NCBI GenBank assembly: GCA_918797485.1
Contig: CAKKNE010000005.1
Coordinates: forward strand, 4,712,001-4,776,000
Reading direction: 5' to 3'
Length of the DNA stretch: 64,000 nucleotides
DNA from: Pelagomonas calceolata
Taxonomy: Eukaryota
The position numbers and the translations under genes were made by a program. Under the pieces are notes generated by a model, which saw nothing but the letters and a program-made list of their open reading frames with translations, searched no databases and was not told the origin of the DNA. Of the stretch, positions 1 to 10,863 are shown piece by piece; positions within the stretch are counted from its first letter, which is position 1; the number at the start of each line of letters is the position of its first letter.

Positions 1-35
1 TAGACGCCATCGACGCGCGAATACGAAAAAACATT

Positions 36-755
36 TTAGTCACAGAACCACACATATAGATCAAGCACGAGCACGTACAGCTTCTCCGCGAAGGGCACGG
101 CCTCGTCGCGCTCACCGTTCGCATTTGTGCGCGCGCGGTCCGTCGTTTCGACGCCGCCGGCCGCCACGTCCGGGCGCGGCGCCGCGGAGTATACGCGACC
201 GAGCGCCCGGTCGGACCACGCCTCGCTGACCTGGACTCGGAGCTTATCGCCATCGAGGGCCGCTCGCGCCGCGAGAGCCGCCAGGACTCCAAAGAACTCG
301 TCTATGAATGCTTCATCGCCCGACTCTACGACCGCCACACTATCCACGACCCAGCACAACACGCGGCCGCCCCTAGACGATCGTTGCGCGCGCAGCAGAC
401 TCGTGAGGCCGCCGAGCACGCGGGCTGTGCCCGGTGCTCCGCGCCAGCGCCCTGACGCCGCCGAGAGTCGCTCGCGGGCGGCGCGCACGGCGGACCAGGT
501 CGTCGGCGGCTCGCTCGCCGGCAGCGCGTCGACGCGAGCCGCGAACGCTGCGGCCCGCTTAGCTTGGAGCTCCGCGTGCGCCTGGCGACGCGCCGCGTCC
601 TTGAGCTGCAGGTACCGATCGCGCGTCGCGGAGTCTTCGCTTGCTTCGAGTTGCTCCACGACCTTTCTCGCGTCGGCGTCGCCGGTGGCGTAGAAACGGA
701 GGCATGCGGCGTACCACGTTTGCTCGTCGTCTGTGGTTGGTGCTACGGATGCCAT
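36..755 (-). CDS. hypothetical protein (239 aa)
   Basis: Intact ORF with protein-like composition; divergent from the VSR gene; no family recognised. Confidence 0.6.
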   Translation of the reverse strand: MASVAPTTDDEQTWYAACLRFYATGDADARKVVEQLEASEDSATRDRYLQLKDAARRQAHAELQAKRAAAFAARVDALPASEPPTTWSAVRAARERLSAASGRWRGAPGTARVLGGLTSLLRAQRSSRGGRVLCWVVDSVAVVESGDEAFIDEFFGVLAALAARAALDGDKLRVQVSEAWSDRALGRVYSAAPRPDVAAGGVETTDRARTNANGERDEAVPFAEKLYVLVLDLYVWFCD

Positions 756-960
756 CCTCTTGGTACACGTATTTAGACGCGGTTTGAGGATGCCTCGCGG
801 CCTCTTTTTGCTGTGCTCAGGTGAGTGAGCTGAGGAGCTCGCGGATGCAAGTTATTGATGCGCAGTTGCACCCTGGACGATCGCTTGATCACTGTGGAGT
901 TTCTGCGCTCGCTTTCTAGTGCGTTACTGGCTTTTTTGCGGCGGCGGCTGGGCAGCCAGG

Positions 961-982
961 CTAGCGTAATGAAAGACACTAG
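961..982 (+). promoter_or_regulatory. variant copy of recurrent CTAGCG-Nn-GTAAGACACTAG promoter motif
   Basis: ctagcgtaatgaaagacactag in divergent intergenic region. Confidence 0.55.
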
Positions 983-1163
983 GAGCAAGCAAACCAAGAC
1001 ACCAAAAACAGCGCAGGAGGAGAGAGTTCCGCTCTGCGCCGGTGCGAGAGGAGCGCGCTTCAGCAGCCGCCCTCACGCCCCTGTCGTCAGCCTGCGGGGA
1101 CGCCGCCGACTTAGCCCAAGCCAGCTGCTCACTCCCAGGGGCTGACCCCAGCGCTTCTTGACC

Positions 1164-2759
1164 ATGATGATGGGCCGCCTTACCGTCGGCGCGCTCCTCG
1201 TCGGCCTCGCCGCCACGGAGAACTCCGTCTTCCAGATCAACGTCCCCGCCTCGCTCCGCAAGCCCGGCGGATATTCGCACAAAGCCTCGCTCTTCGGACG
1301 ACCATCCTACGCGTCGACGACGCAGCGCCTCTACTACGCCGGCGACGGCGGCGGCGACGGCACGCTCTGCACGTTCGACACGACGAAGACCTACCCCACG
1401 CCCTTCATTTTGATGGTGGATAGAGGAGACTGTACCTTCGTGACCAAAGCTAGAAACGCGCAGCAGATGGGCGCCACGGCGCTGGTGGTCGCGGACAACC
1501 TGTGCGTCTGCGGGTCCGCGTGCTCGCCGCAGGCCGGCTGCCAGTACACGGAGCCCGTGCTGGCCGATGATGGGTCCGGCGCGGACATCGTCATTCCCGC
1601 GGTCATGCTCCCGAAGCAGGAGGCCGACGACATCGTCAACTATTTTAGGTGCGGCAAGCTCCCGATCCAGGGCCGGCCCCAGACCTGTGCTTGGAGCCCA
1701 GATTGGTCGCAGGACGCCACGGTCCAGGCGTCTTTGGAGTACACGGTCCCAAATCCCGACGACCGCGTCGAGTGGGAGCTCTGGACGACGTCTATTGATG
1801 GGGCTTCTTTGGATTTCCTGACGGCGTTCAAGGATACGGTGCTCCAGCTGGGCACGCACCAGCACTTCGCGCCGATGATGTACACGTATAACGGCTCGCA
1901 GTACGGCTGCGACGTCAAGCAGACGGGGTCGGACATGTGCGGGAATTTATGTACGAATGGGGGGTTATATTGTGCGCCGGATCCCGACGGGAGCCAGGAC
2001 GAGGGTATTAGTGGCGCGGACGTCGTCGCGGAGAATTTGAGGCGGGCCTGCCTGTGGGATTTAGTGGGGGGCGACGACGTCTCCGATAAATCTCAGGTCG
2101 GCGTGGGCAAGGTCTGGTGGGATTATGTGTCGGAGTTCACTCGTTTGTGTTCGACGGCCGAGACATTTGCCGACGATTCCTGTCGGGCCACGGCGATGAA
2201 GAATGCGGGCGCGGACAAGCAGGCCGTCGATACTTGTGTGGAAGGAAGTGGCGGCCTCGAAAAGGGAAGGAACGATGTGTTGGACCAGGCCGTAGAAGCT
2301 CTAGACCGGGAGAATATTGTTTATGTGCCCGAGTGCATTGTTAATGGTGTGGTGCACTACGGCAGCGTCGACCCGCCGAACATACTAGCCTCGATCTGCC
2401 AGGGCTTCCCTATACAAGACCGGCCGCCGGTCTGCGACTGCGCGTCGGACCCGCGCTACGACGACTGCGTCGCGAACAACGGCGCCGCGCCGGCGGCGTC
2501 CGGCGGGTCTTCTTCGTCGAAGGAGCCGGTCGTCGAGCACGACGGCATGCCGTGGTACGGGGTCTTGATGCTCGTCGTGTCGGTCGTCGTCGTCATGCTC
2601 CTCGCGGGCCTGGCCTACTGGAAGCGCACGCAGCGCCAGATGCGCGACCAGGTGCGCGGCATCCTCGCGGAGTACATGCCCATGGAGGACCTGGGGGAGG
2701 CGCTGAACCCCATGCAGACGGAGCCCGACGCTGCGCCGGTCTTCTCCGTGAACGCGTGA
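1164..2759 (+). CDS. vacuolar sorting receptor (PA domain, thioredoxin-like VSR domain, C-terminal TM)
   Basis: Signal peptide; VDRGDCTFVTKARNAQ PA motif; PDDRVEWELW; CTNGGLYCAPDPD; TM followed by ILAEYMPM tail typical of VSR/BP80. Confidence 0.9.
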   Translation: MMMGRLTVGALLVGLAATENSVFQINVPASLRKPGGYSHKASLFGRPSYASTTQRLYYAGDGGGDGTLCTFDTTKTYPTPFILMVDRGDCTFVTKARNAQQMGATALVVADNLCVCGSACSPQAGCQYTEPVLADDGSGADIVIPAVMLPKQEADDIVNYFRCGKLPIQGRPQTCAWSPDWSQDATVQASLEYTVPNPDDRVEWELWTTSIDGASLDFLTAFKDTVLQLGTHQHFAPMMYTYNGSQYGCDVKQTGSDMCGNLCTNGGLYCAPDPDGSQDEGISGADVVAENLRRACLWDLVGGDDVSDKSQVGVGKVWWDYVSEFTRLCSTAETFADDSCRATAMKNAGADKQAVDTCVEGSGGLEKGRNDVLDQAVEALDRENIVYVPECIVNGVVHYGSVDPPNILASICQGFPIQDRPPVCDCASDPRYDDCVANNGAAPAASGGSSSSKEPVVEHDGMPWYGVLMLVVSVVVVMLLAGLAYWKRTQRQMRDQVRGILAEYMPMEDLGEALNPMQTEPDAAPVFSVNA

Positions 2760-2833
2760 CCCTGATCCCCTGTCCCTTGTAGTAAGTTCTCTTTTCCCAT
2801 CTTACACGTTAGACTCATGCGCTTGTCGTCCGA

Positions 2834-4045
2834 TCACGACGCGAGCACGTCGTCCATGTCGGCGTCGCGCCCGTCGTCGACGGCGTTATTTACGAAATAC
2901 TTCCGCCGTGTTAGAATGCAGTTGCGATAAGAGAACCATTCCGCCGCGACCCTGAACACCGGCAATAAGCTCCGCGCGTAGTGCATGCTGCTTTTGATCT
3001 CCCGTGCCATCGGATGTCCACCGCCCAGCACGCGCCGCGCCGTCCGTTCCAACTCCTCGAGCGTCGTCGCGGCCTCGCGGACGTCGTCGAGCGTGGGCTC
3101 GCTGCCCTTGGGGTCCTCGCAGAGCCTCGCCGCGTACAGCCACCTCAATCTGATCGCGAGCTGATGATCCTCTCCAAATACGCGCCGCGCCACAGGGATT
3201 ATTTTGCGCAGCAATGCCTTGGCTTCGTCGGGGTCGAGGTAAAGCCTGGATGACGCATAGTTTTCGGCTAAGACGAGGCTTTCCCTATCATCCTCGCCCA
3301 AGAGCCTACAATGTTTGAAATATGCGTGTCGCACAATGCGCAAGGCCTCTTCACCCCGACCAAGCATTCGATACGTTCTCGCGAGCTTGCCCCGCGCGGC
3401 GAGTATGTCGCCTTCTGGTGCGCCAACGCGCCGCAGCAAAGACAGATGTGCGTGTCTCACGCAGAATGAATCGAGGACGTCTCCGCATCCGACGTCATTG
3501 GCAGCGTACAGACCGTTCCCAAGCTGTTTCATCGCTTCCCGCCGAAGCAGGTTCTCCTCCGGCCGGCCCAAGTATGTCTTCCAGCACGCCCACCCGAGCG
3601 CACACCGCACGGCGCCGTGGTAATCTTGCTCGCACAGGCCACACGAGTACCATCGATCAAAGCGTCGCCCGCCGCCGCGCTCGACCGCGACCTGGGCCTG
3701 CCGCGCCAAGCACGACACGTGCGCGAAGCCAGACTCCCCGCGGCATGAACAACCACGAACGAGACCCTCTTCATCGCCCTCGCCATAACAGATGTAGCAC
3801 ATTTGACCCGCGGTGTCGTCCGCGCACGCCTCGACCGCGACCGAGACGGCCTCATTGTATTTTTGGTCGGCGTGATATTGTTCCGCGTTGCCGCCGTCGT
3901 GTATCGCCAAACACACTTCGTTGTGTCCTCCGCGCTGGCCATCGAGTCGACAGGCCTCACTGCAATATCTGGTGGCACAAACTCCACACCCCGGCGCGTC
4001 GTGGACCAGTGGGGCGGCACAGGCGGCGCAGTGTATGAGGATCAT
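2834..4045 (-). CDS. MYND-like zinc finger + RINGv (RING-CH) + TPR-like repeat protein
   Basis: CGVCATRYCSEAC...H; CYICY...RGCSCRGESGFAHVSCL...CGLC; helical ARRVxGxxH repeats. Confidence 0.75.
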   Translation of the reverse strand: MILIHCAACAAPLVHDAPGCGVCATRYCSEACRLDGQRGGHNEVCLAIHDGGNAEQYHADQKYNEAVSVAVEACADDTAGQMCYICYGEGDEEGLVRGCSCRGESGFAHVSCLARQAQVAVERGGGRRFDRWYSCGLCEQDYHGAVRCALGWACWKTYLGRPEENLLRREAMKQLGNGLYAANDVGCGDVLDSFCVRHAHLSLLRRVGAPEGDILAARGKLARTYRMLGRGEEALRIVRHAYFKHCRLLGEDDRESLVLAENYASSRLYLDPDEAKALLRKIIPVARRVFGEDHQLAIRLRWLYAARLCEDPKGSEPTLDDVREAATTLEELERTARRVLGGGHPMAREIKSSMHYARSLLPVFRVAAEWFSYRNCILTRRKYFVNNAVDDGRDADMDDVLAS

Positions 4046-4212
4046 CGTCCCGTTGCGGGCGGAGCTTTAAGTCTCGCGGCTTGCGAAGAAAAAAAAATTT
4101 TTTTCGAGTGATTTTTCGCCAATAAACGGGTTTTCTCCCAACTTTGTGACCTCTCTTATCACCAATTTAAATATTCACAAAGTTAGATAAACAGGGGGAC
4201 GGACAACGAAAC

Positions 4213-6627
4213 TCAGATCTCGATCTCCAGCGGCTCGTCGTCCCAGCGCGTCGCGTCCGCCGCGACCGGCGGGCGGTAGAAGCTCGACATGTGCGTCGTG
4301 AACTCCTCGTCGTCGAGGTTCAACACGCGCTGCCAGGCCTCGCGCTCCGCGGCCTCCGTCTCGTAGCGATCCAATTCGGAATCCTCGCAGAACGCGTCGT
4401 CCAAATACAGGTGCGGGTCGACCGGGCAGCCCTCCTCGTCGTCGCACGGTCTAAAAATGACGTCCGCCGCCGCGCCGAAGTCGTAGCGGTCCCGCGGCTT
4501 CGGGAGGATGCCGTCATCAAATAAATGCAGACATCGCGATTCGAGGTCATATACTAACGGAACACCTGTTGGTATTTCAATGTCGCTGATGACGTCGCGC
4601 GGCACGTCGCATAAATCCATGAGCAACCCGCGAATCGCGTTTTCGGACGACGATATCAATACGGTTCTGTTCTGCGCCACCGTCTGGGGCAGGATCGTGT
4701 CCCTGTAGTAAGGTATGGTTCGTTGCAAGCAGTCTTTCAGCGACTCCGTCCTAGGCAGTTTGTGGTGGAGTTCTATTTTACCGTGGCCCAGGCTCCGGAT
4801 GAAGGACTGCCTCAGACTAATCGGGAGGTCGTGGACGTACTTGACGTAGCGTTCGTCGTTGCCCGGGTATTTTGAGGAAAACGGCGACGCCGGCGGCGGT
4901 CTTTCCGCAAACCCCCGCCGCCACTTCCGGAACTGGGCCTCCCCATGCCGCTGGGCGATCATCTTCTTCGACAGACCGGTCAAAGCGCCGTACATCCTCT
5001 CATTTAACCGCCACGACTTGTGGATCGACACCCAGAGCGAGTCTAAAGGTGCCAACACTAGCCACGCCGTCGTGATGGCGCGCGTGAGCCACGACGTGTA
5101 GACCGCGTCGACCTCGACGCCGTGGGCCGCGAGTAAAGCACCAGCTCTTGAAGCTTCGGCCCGGCCTTCTGGCGAGAGCGGAGCGTCTTCCCAGCCCGTG
5201 AATAAGCCTAATTTGTTGTGCGTCGTCTGGCCGTGCCGTATCAAAATCACGAGGGGAGGGCGCTGCTTGCCCGGCGTCGGGGGCTTCACACTTCTACGCC
5301 GTCTAGGCCGTTCCCTAGACGCCATCGGCCCGGCCTGCGGTTGGGTGGGTCTAGCTTCCACAACACCACCTCTAGCATCAGCATCAGGAACCACAGAAGG
5401 CACGACCTTGATGGGTGCCTGGGCTAATAACGGTACGGGGTCCACCAGCGGTAGATTCGTCCCGAGCTGCGCGTAGGCCATCACCCTCCTTTCTCTAGCT
5501 AGCGTCTCCAGACCTTGCTCCAGAGTAGAACTGACGGCGTCCTGCGACGACGGCGCCCAGGACGGCGGCTCGAGCAGGGCCTTCCTTTCGAGCGCGATGG
5601 CCTCTCTCAATAACCCTCGCTCTTCGAGGAACTCTCCTGAAAGATCGGTTTGGGTCTTGTCCATTGTTTCAACCGGTATTAAGGTACCACTGTCATCCCT
5701 ATCAAACTCATACACTAATGGAATACCATTCGGGATCCCTACTCGTTCAATCACTGAATCGTCGAGGCCATCGATGTTCTTCACCAGGCCTCTCAGGCTG
5801 TTGCCGTGGGCCACGACGACCACATCTAAACCCTCGTCCAAGTCCTGGAGGATTCTTTCTTGAAACACCGGCACGACTCGCTCCAGGCATTCCTCTAAAG
5901 ATTCCGCTCTGGGCAAATCGCCGCGCGGTAATCCTACGTATTTTCTTTCTCTCGTGGCTGAGAGCGCATGCGCGTCCGGGAGTTCGGGAGGCCTAGTAGC
6001 GTAGCCTGCTCTAAATGATTGGACCACGGCCGGGCTGAGGACGTCGACCAGACCGACTTTGCTCCTACCTTGTAGCGCACCATAGTGCCTTTCGTTTAAG
6101 CGCCAGTCCTTGACGACTGGTCGGTAAGTCTGGCCCAGCTCCGCGAGTAAGATCCAAGCGGAGCGAATCGCCCGCTTCAGTACCGAAGTGTACACGACGT
6201 CCGCCTGCAGGCCTCGTTCCAGCATCAGCCGCGCCGCGTGCTCCATCTCCGTCTCGCCGATCGGCGACAGGTCGACGTCGACCCAGCCCGTGAAGGTCTT
6301 GTTGGCGTTCCAAGTCGACTGGCCGTGTCTGATTAAAACAAGCTTGCCGGGCGGCTTGCGGCCGCGGCCCTGCCAGGCCCGTCCGAGCCGTTTCCAGGCC
6401 TTGCCCAGGAGGCCGCGGTCCCTTCTCAATGAAGATTCTAGGGACGAGGCCTCGGGCGGGATCTCGCACTCGTCGAGCGGGCACCAGACATTCTCCTCGT
6501 GGTCGTAGTCGTCATCATCAAAAACGATGGATGGGGCCGGCGGCTTCTTGAGGCCTAAGCGGCGCAGCGGTGCTAGGAGGGCTCGCGTCGAGGCTGCGAG
6601 CAGGAGCCATGTGCTTGCTCTGTGCAT
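4213..6627 (-). CDS. gpmA: 2,3-bisphosphoglycerate-dependent phosphoglycerate mutase with two tandem dPGM domains, probably organelle-targeted
   Basis: Two LIRHGQ...N..FTGW.D..LS and WRLNER.YGAL.G motif sets; AHGNSLRG and IPTGVPLVY motifs; N-terminal signal-like peptide. Confidence 0.85.
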   Translation of the reverse strand: MHRASTWLLLAASTRALLAPLRRLGLKKPPAPSIVFDDDDYDHEENVWCPLDECEIPPEASSLESSLRRDRGLLGKAWKRLGRAWQGRGRKPPGKLVLIRHGQSTWNANKTFTGWVDVDLSPIGETEMEHAARLMLERGLQADVVYTSVLKRAIRSAWILLAELGQTYRPVVKDWRLNERHYGALQGRSKVGLVDVLSPAVVQSFRAGYATRPPELPDAHALSATRERKYVGLPRGDLPRAESLEECLERVVPVFQERILQDLDEGLDVVVVAHGNSLRGLVKNIDGLDDSVIERVGIPNGIPLVYEFDRDDSGTLIPVETMDKTQTDLSGEFLEERGLLREAIALERKALLEPPSWAPSSQDAVSSTLEQGLETLARERRVMAYAQLGTNLPLVDPVPLLAQAPIKVVPSVVPDADARGGVVEARPTQPQAGPMASRERPRRRRSVKPPTPGKQRPPLVILIRHGQTTHNKLGLFTGWEDAPLSPEGRAEASRAGALLAAHGVEVDAVYTSWLTRAITTAWLVLAPLDSLWVSIHKSWRLNERMYGALTGLSKKMIAQRHGEAQFRKWRRGFAERPPPASPFSSKYPGNDERYVKYVHDLPISLRQSFIRSLGHGKIELHHKLPRTESLKDCLQRTIPYYRDTILPQTVAQNRTVLISSSENAIRGLLMDLCDVPRDVISDIEIPTGVPLVYDLESRCLHLFDDGILPKPRDRYDFGAAADVIFRPCDDEEGCPVDPHLYLDDAFCEDSELDRYETEAAEREAWQRVLNLDDEEFTTHMSSFYRPPVAADATRWDDEPLEIEI

Positions 6628-6810
6628 CGTTGGCGCGTACAGCTCTGCTCTCTCAATGTGCTGTCACAGGCCTGGCGCGGTTTTGGGGCAACCGGCAGCC
6701 ACGCGATCGCGTTCGACGGCTCACGCTACAGCTTTCCAACTTGCCCAGCTACTCGCGCGTGCTCGACTGACGGTGAGGGCTGCATGCGCGATGCCCGCGC
6801 CGGAGACAAG

Positions 6811-6831
6811 TTAGCGTTCGTAAGACACTAG
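6811..6831 (+). promoter_or_regulatory. recurrent promoter motif
   Basis: ttagcgttcGTAAGACACTAG, ~190 bp upstream of dPGM start. Confidence 0.65.
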
Positions 6832-6899
6832 AAAAAAATCGGGCCCTGCGACGTAACTAGCCTGAGCCTGAAGATAGCTGCGAGTCACAAACTAGCTAC

Positions 6900-9032
6900 T
6901 TATTTGCCGGACCACCCGTTCTGCGCCTGCGTCTGGAGCCACGCGTAGTTCGCCTGGCGCTCGTCCTGCTTCGAGCCGCGGTCGCCGGCCTTGCGCCGCG
7001 ACCGCTCCGCGCGGAGGAACTCCGCGTCGCGCCGCAGCTCGCGCACCGCTCCCCTATGCTCCTTGCGCACCTGTCTTTTCAATTTCTTGAGCTCGCCCTT
7101 TGGCGTTTTTTCCGTGAGCCTGGAGCCGATCGTGTGCGCCTCGAGGCGCGGCTCGAGCGTTTCCGGCGCGGTTATGATAACGTCCGCGTCCGGTTCGGAC
7201 GCATCCACACTATTCAGGGAAGCCAGGCAGGCGTCGAGCGTTTTTAACAGTGAAGGCGCGGCGCCGCGCGCCGCCAGCAGCTCCCGCGCGGCCGTGGCGG
7301 CCTTGACGAGCGGATCGACGAACGCCGAAGCGGCGCCCCGGTTCGCGTCGGAAACCGTGAAGGCCACGGCCTCGACGGCCAGCGACGCCGCGCCCGCGAT
7401 TAGGGAAGCGCACCTCGTTGATGACGTATCCTGGCTTAGGTCCTCAATCGCTATCTGCGGCGGATTGGCGCCGCGCCAGGCACAAGCGGAGGCGAGGCCG
7501 CACTTTTCGATATCACCGAGGACCGTCTGGAGAAACGCAAAGGCCTCGGGCACCCACCAAGTCCGCCCCTCGGCGTTGATGCCCGCCGCCTCCATAACTG
7601 TCAGGCACCGTAGCAAGCCAATACCGACCTCTCCGCAAGTTTGTGGAGCGCGGTTCTCATCTAATGATTGCGCCAGCTTCACTATTGAACGGTAGGCTAA
7701 CCGAGGCGCCTCGTCGTCCGCCGAACATAATAAAGATTCTTCCTTCAGGACCACGCGCAGCGCGAGGCATGCGCCCGGAGACATGCCCTCGTCAATCAAA
7801 GCCTCTTCAATGCACTCCGCGGCGCGCTCCGGCTCCAAAGCTACGAGGACGCCGGACAACGTATGAGCTAGGGCCTCAACCTCATTCTTCATACCAGTAC
7901 CATTACAGAGATCGTCGCCCGCATCCACCAAAGCGCCGCAGAGCGCCCTGACAAAGCCCTCGTACTTGGCCACATCTCCAAGTGCCGGAGCGTGGCAGCA
8001 CGCTATTCTACGTACTACTCTTCCGATGTCCGCCTCGGACGTCGCCCCGACGCTCCGCACCAGCTCCCGCAATTCATCGCTCGTGGAAGGGCAGGCATCA
8101 AACACGTAGGGGATCTCGTTTTCCTCCTCTTCTTCCACGACGTCGTCCTCCGACGAGCTGTAGCCCTCCGGCTTTATTATGCCATACCAAGGGTCCGACG
8201 GGTCCCGCGACCAAGGATCATGTGGATCTTTATTCGTCTGCTCCGCCTTGCGCCCTTCAATTCTTGAAGAGCGCTGCGCCTCCCTTCTTTTGAGAGCGTC
8301 GAGGCGCGCCCGCGCCGCTTCCGCCGGCGCGATCGACGGATCCGTGGCCCTGACGCGTCGCTCCGTGGCCAAGGCCCGCAAATCCCGATCGTAGTCGTCG
8401 TCGTCATCGTTGCGGTCCGGCTTGTTGGCGCGAAAAGACAAGGACTGGGCCAGGTCCCCAAAAGACGCGTCCAGGGCCTCCCGGTCCCGGGCGAGCTGCT
8501 CGTTGGCTTGTTGTCTTTCTTCTCTTTCTTGTTTGGTCTGCGCGATCATGTCCCCGACGAAGTCGCGCTTCTCGTAGTCGTCGCCCGTGCCGAAATGTTC
8601 TTGTACAGACTCCTTCGCCCTTCTATCCTCACCTTCATCGCCAAAGAAAGCGGCACTAATAGCGGCATCGGACAGCGGCTTGCCGCCGTGCGTCAGCTCT
8701 TCATCCAGACCTCGTCGCGACGTCCGCGTCCGCTTCGTGCGCTCGCGCTGGAACCGCAACAACATGGCATCGTCTTCATCTAAACCTTCGCCTAATCTCT
8801 GATCCTCGAAGACGTTCTCGCGCGTTTCTCTTGCTAAATCCTTCAGTAGACCCCTTCGTCTCCGCTCGTCGCCCTTGGCCCTGCTTCGTCCCACATCGCG
8901 CACCGCTCCTTTCGCCCGATGGTTCAGCGCGACGGGACGCTTCCTCTTATTACCGACGGCGTCGAAGGGGTTGCTAGTTTTGGCTGTTGATTTGGCCTTG
9001 CCGCGCGGCGTGTGGCGCTTCTTCTTGGCCAT
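6900..9032 (-). CDS. NOP14: nucleolar protein 14 (SSU processome)
   Basis: NPFD...; N.F.D.RLGE; LLRFQRER; ELTHGG; IPYVF; C-terminal KE.RGAVRELRRDA.FL; start set at MAKKKR. Confidence 0.85.
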   Translation of the reverse strand: MAKKKRHTPRGKAKSTAKTSNPFDAVGNKRKRPVALNHRAKGAVRDVGRSRAKGDERRRRGLLKDLARETRENVFEDQRLGEGLDEDDAMLLRFQRERTKRTRTSRRGLDEELTHGGKPLSDAAISAAFFGDEGEDRRAKESVQEHFGTGDDYEKRDFVGDMIAQTKQEREERQQANEQLARDREALDASFGDLAQSLSFRANKPDRNDDDDDYDRDLRALATERRVRATDPSIAPAEAARARLDALKRREAQRSSRIEGRKAEQTNKDPHDPWSRDPSDPWYGIIKPEGYSSSEDDVVEEEEENEIPYVFDACPSTSDELRELVRSVGATSEADIGRVVRRIACCHAPALGDVAKYEGFVRALCGALVDAGDDLCNGTGMKNEVEALAHTLSGVLVALEPERAAECIEEALIDEGMSPGACLALRVVLKEESLLCSADDEAPRLAYRSIVKLAQSLDENRAPQTCGEVGIGLLRCLTVMEAAGINAEGRTWWVPEAFAFLQTVLGDIEKCGLASACAWRGANPPQIAIEDLSQDTSSTRCASLIAGAASLAVEAVAFTVSDANRGAASAFVDPLVKAATAARELLAARGAAPSLLKTLDACLASLNSVDASEPDADVIITAPETLEPRLEAHTIGSRLTEKTPKGELKKLKRQVRKEHRGAVRELRRDAEFLRAERSRRKAGDRGSKQDERQANYAWLQTQAQNGWSGK

Positions 9033-9403
9033 CGCTGCGCCGCTGCGGCACTGCTGCAGGCTAGATGGCGATGCCAAATTGCTGGGCAGCGGTGGCGCAC
9101 CACTGGCGAAGCGTCGTCGCAGCAAACGTATGATATCAAGAGACTCTCTATGCCAATGCTGCTGTCGACGCACTTCCGTAATGTCGCTTTTTAGGCAGCT
9201 GCAGTCTCGAGCCCTACCCTAGCTAGCCCCTCTAGCGCTGCGCTTAGAGATAGCGGTTATGGTGAGGCGAGTCCGTTGAGCAAGCTCGAGGAAGTGCCGG
9301 CCCCAGCTCCAGCTTCGCGGGCTCCGCTAGAGTAGAGCGTTGTGCGCGCCACCGCGCGTTCCTCGTGTAAATGTCGCGAGCCCTCTTCCAAAGCATAAGC
9401 GGG

Positions 9404-9456
9404 CCTCAGAACGCTCAGGGGCGACGCCCTACCGTGGATTTCAGGCGAGTTCCGGA
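9404..9456 (+). promoter_or_regulatory. shared upstream block, copy 1 (paralogous to 10736-10789)
   Basis: cctcagaacgc..gggcgacgccct.ccgtggatttcaggcgagttccgga, ~115 bp before ATG 9571. Confidence 0.6.
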
Positions 9457-9570
9457 AGCAAGCGAAATTTCTTGGGGGGGGAGCCACCTCATCAACCAAC
9501 AGATCGACCTCCTTGGGCAGCGATTTCTAAACGTACAAGCCAATCAAAGTTGCAAAAGCACCGAGACAAC

Positions 9571-10619
9571 ATGGCCTCCATCCTCTGCTGCACTTCCGGC
9601 AACCAGACCGTCGAGGCCGTCGTCCAGCCCGCGTGGGACAACCACTTCGCTGCCTTCGGCGGCCAGGACGTTAGCAAGGTCCTGCTCGACTACTGCGAGG
9701 AGTCCAAGATCATCGTCTACAACTGGCACGACGACACCGAGACCGTGTACAACGGGATGGCTGGCGCCTGTGTGGAAATCAAAATTTTACGGCGCGTTCG
9801 TGCTGAATCGTCGCGTCGTCCTCCACGCCATCGACGCGACGCCTGCTCGATGGCGTGGCGATGCCGGTTCCTCGCCGCTCGACCGAGCCAGGACGGAGGC
9901 GTCATTGCCGAGAAATGACTTAGTGAAGAATTGTCGGGTGCACCTGACACACTGGGTTGATTTCCACACAGGCGGGCGCCAAGGAGTGCTTCACGGGCCT
10001 CTTCGCCGCGCTGCCCGATCTCTCGGGCCTCGCCGCGCCGGAGATCCACGTCGAGGAGGGCAACCCGAAGTCGGTCTTCCTCATCTGGCGCTGCCCGAGC
10101 TCGGGCTTCGTGCACTGCACGGACACCTTCCTCTTCAACGACGCCGGCAAGATCGTGCGCCAGACCGTCTGCATCCTCAACCCGGGCGCGCCCGCGGGCA
10201 AGGCGCCGCTCTGCACGGAGCCGCAGGGCGGCCCGGTCCAGGCGTCGTGGGACAACCACTTCGCCGCGTTCGGCGCCCAGGACGTCGACAAGGTCCTCAA
10301 GGACTACACCGAGAAGTCGGTGATCAAGGTCTATAACCAGGTGACGGACGAGTTGGTCGAGTTCAAGGGCCTGAAGGGAGTCAAGGAGTGCTTCACTGGC
10401 CTGTTCAAAGACCTCTCCGACCTGTCGGGGCTCGCCGCGCCCGCGATCCGCGTCGAGGAGGCCACCGAAGACAAGGCGGGCATGGTCTTCCTCGTGTGGC
10501 GCTGCCCGAGCTCGGGGTACAACCACGCGACCGACACGTTCCTCTTCGACGCCGCGGGCAAGATCGCGAAGCAGAATGTTGTCATCATGAAGCCGGCGGC
10601 CGAGGCGGGCGAGCAGTAA
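9571..10619 (+). CDS. tandem SnoaL/NTF2-like domain protein; exons 9571-9759 and 9972-10619 (278 aa)
   Basis: Two internal repeats (WDNHFAAFG.QDV.KVL.DY...FL.WRCPSSG...TDTFLF..AGKI); removing 9760-9971 restores colinearity (NGMAGAKECF vs KGLKGVKECF). Confidence 0.75.
9768..9971 (+). mobile_element. introner/MITE copy 1, full length (204 bp); GC-AG intron 9760-9971
   Basis: Perfect 13-bp TIR CTGTGTGGAAATC/GATTTCCACACAG; TSD gctggcgc/gcgggcgc; internal 12-bp inverted repeat 9823-9834/9847-9858. Confidence 0.92.
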
Positions 10620-10735
10620 GCGCACACGACGTCACATCGCGGAACATGCCGATGTGAAGCCACGAGACGCGTAAGTAATACCAAAGTCTACCACGGGCTC
10701 CTACAATGTAAATACCGGCCGCTAGCCCTAGCATC

Positions 10736-10789
10736 CCTCAAGAACGCCATAGAGCGGCGCTCTGCCACGGACTTCAGGCGAGTTCCGGA
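10736..10789 (+). promoter_or_regulatory. shared upstream block, copy 2
   Basis: cctcaagaacgc..agagcggcgctct.ccacggacttcaggcgagttccgga, ~75 bp before ATG 10864. Confidence 0.6.
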
Positions 10790-10863
10790 GGTACGCCGCG
10801 GAGAGTTCCGTAAAACCCAAACCCAAGGTCCCAAGACATCACGCTCTTCCGGAACTAGCAACC

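Noticed and set aside
9768..9971. Assigning the element to hAT
   Set aside because: 8-bp TSD fits, but termini are CTG rather than the typical hAT CAG/TAG and no transposase is present; superfamily left open
10632..10657. Small hairpin tcacatcg/cgatgtga after the SnoaL-like gene as SECIS or riboswitch
   Set aside because: No in-frame TGA in the gene, no SECIS core geometry, no recognisable aptamer consensus
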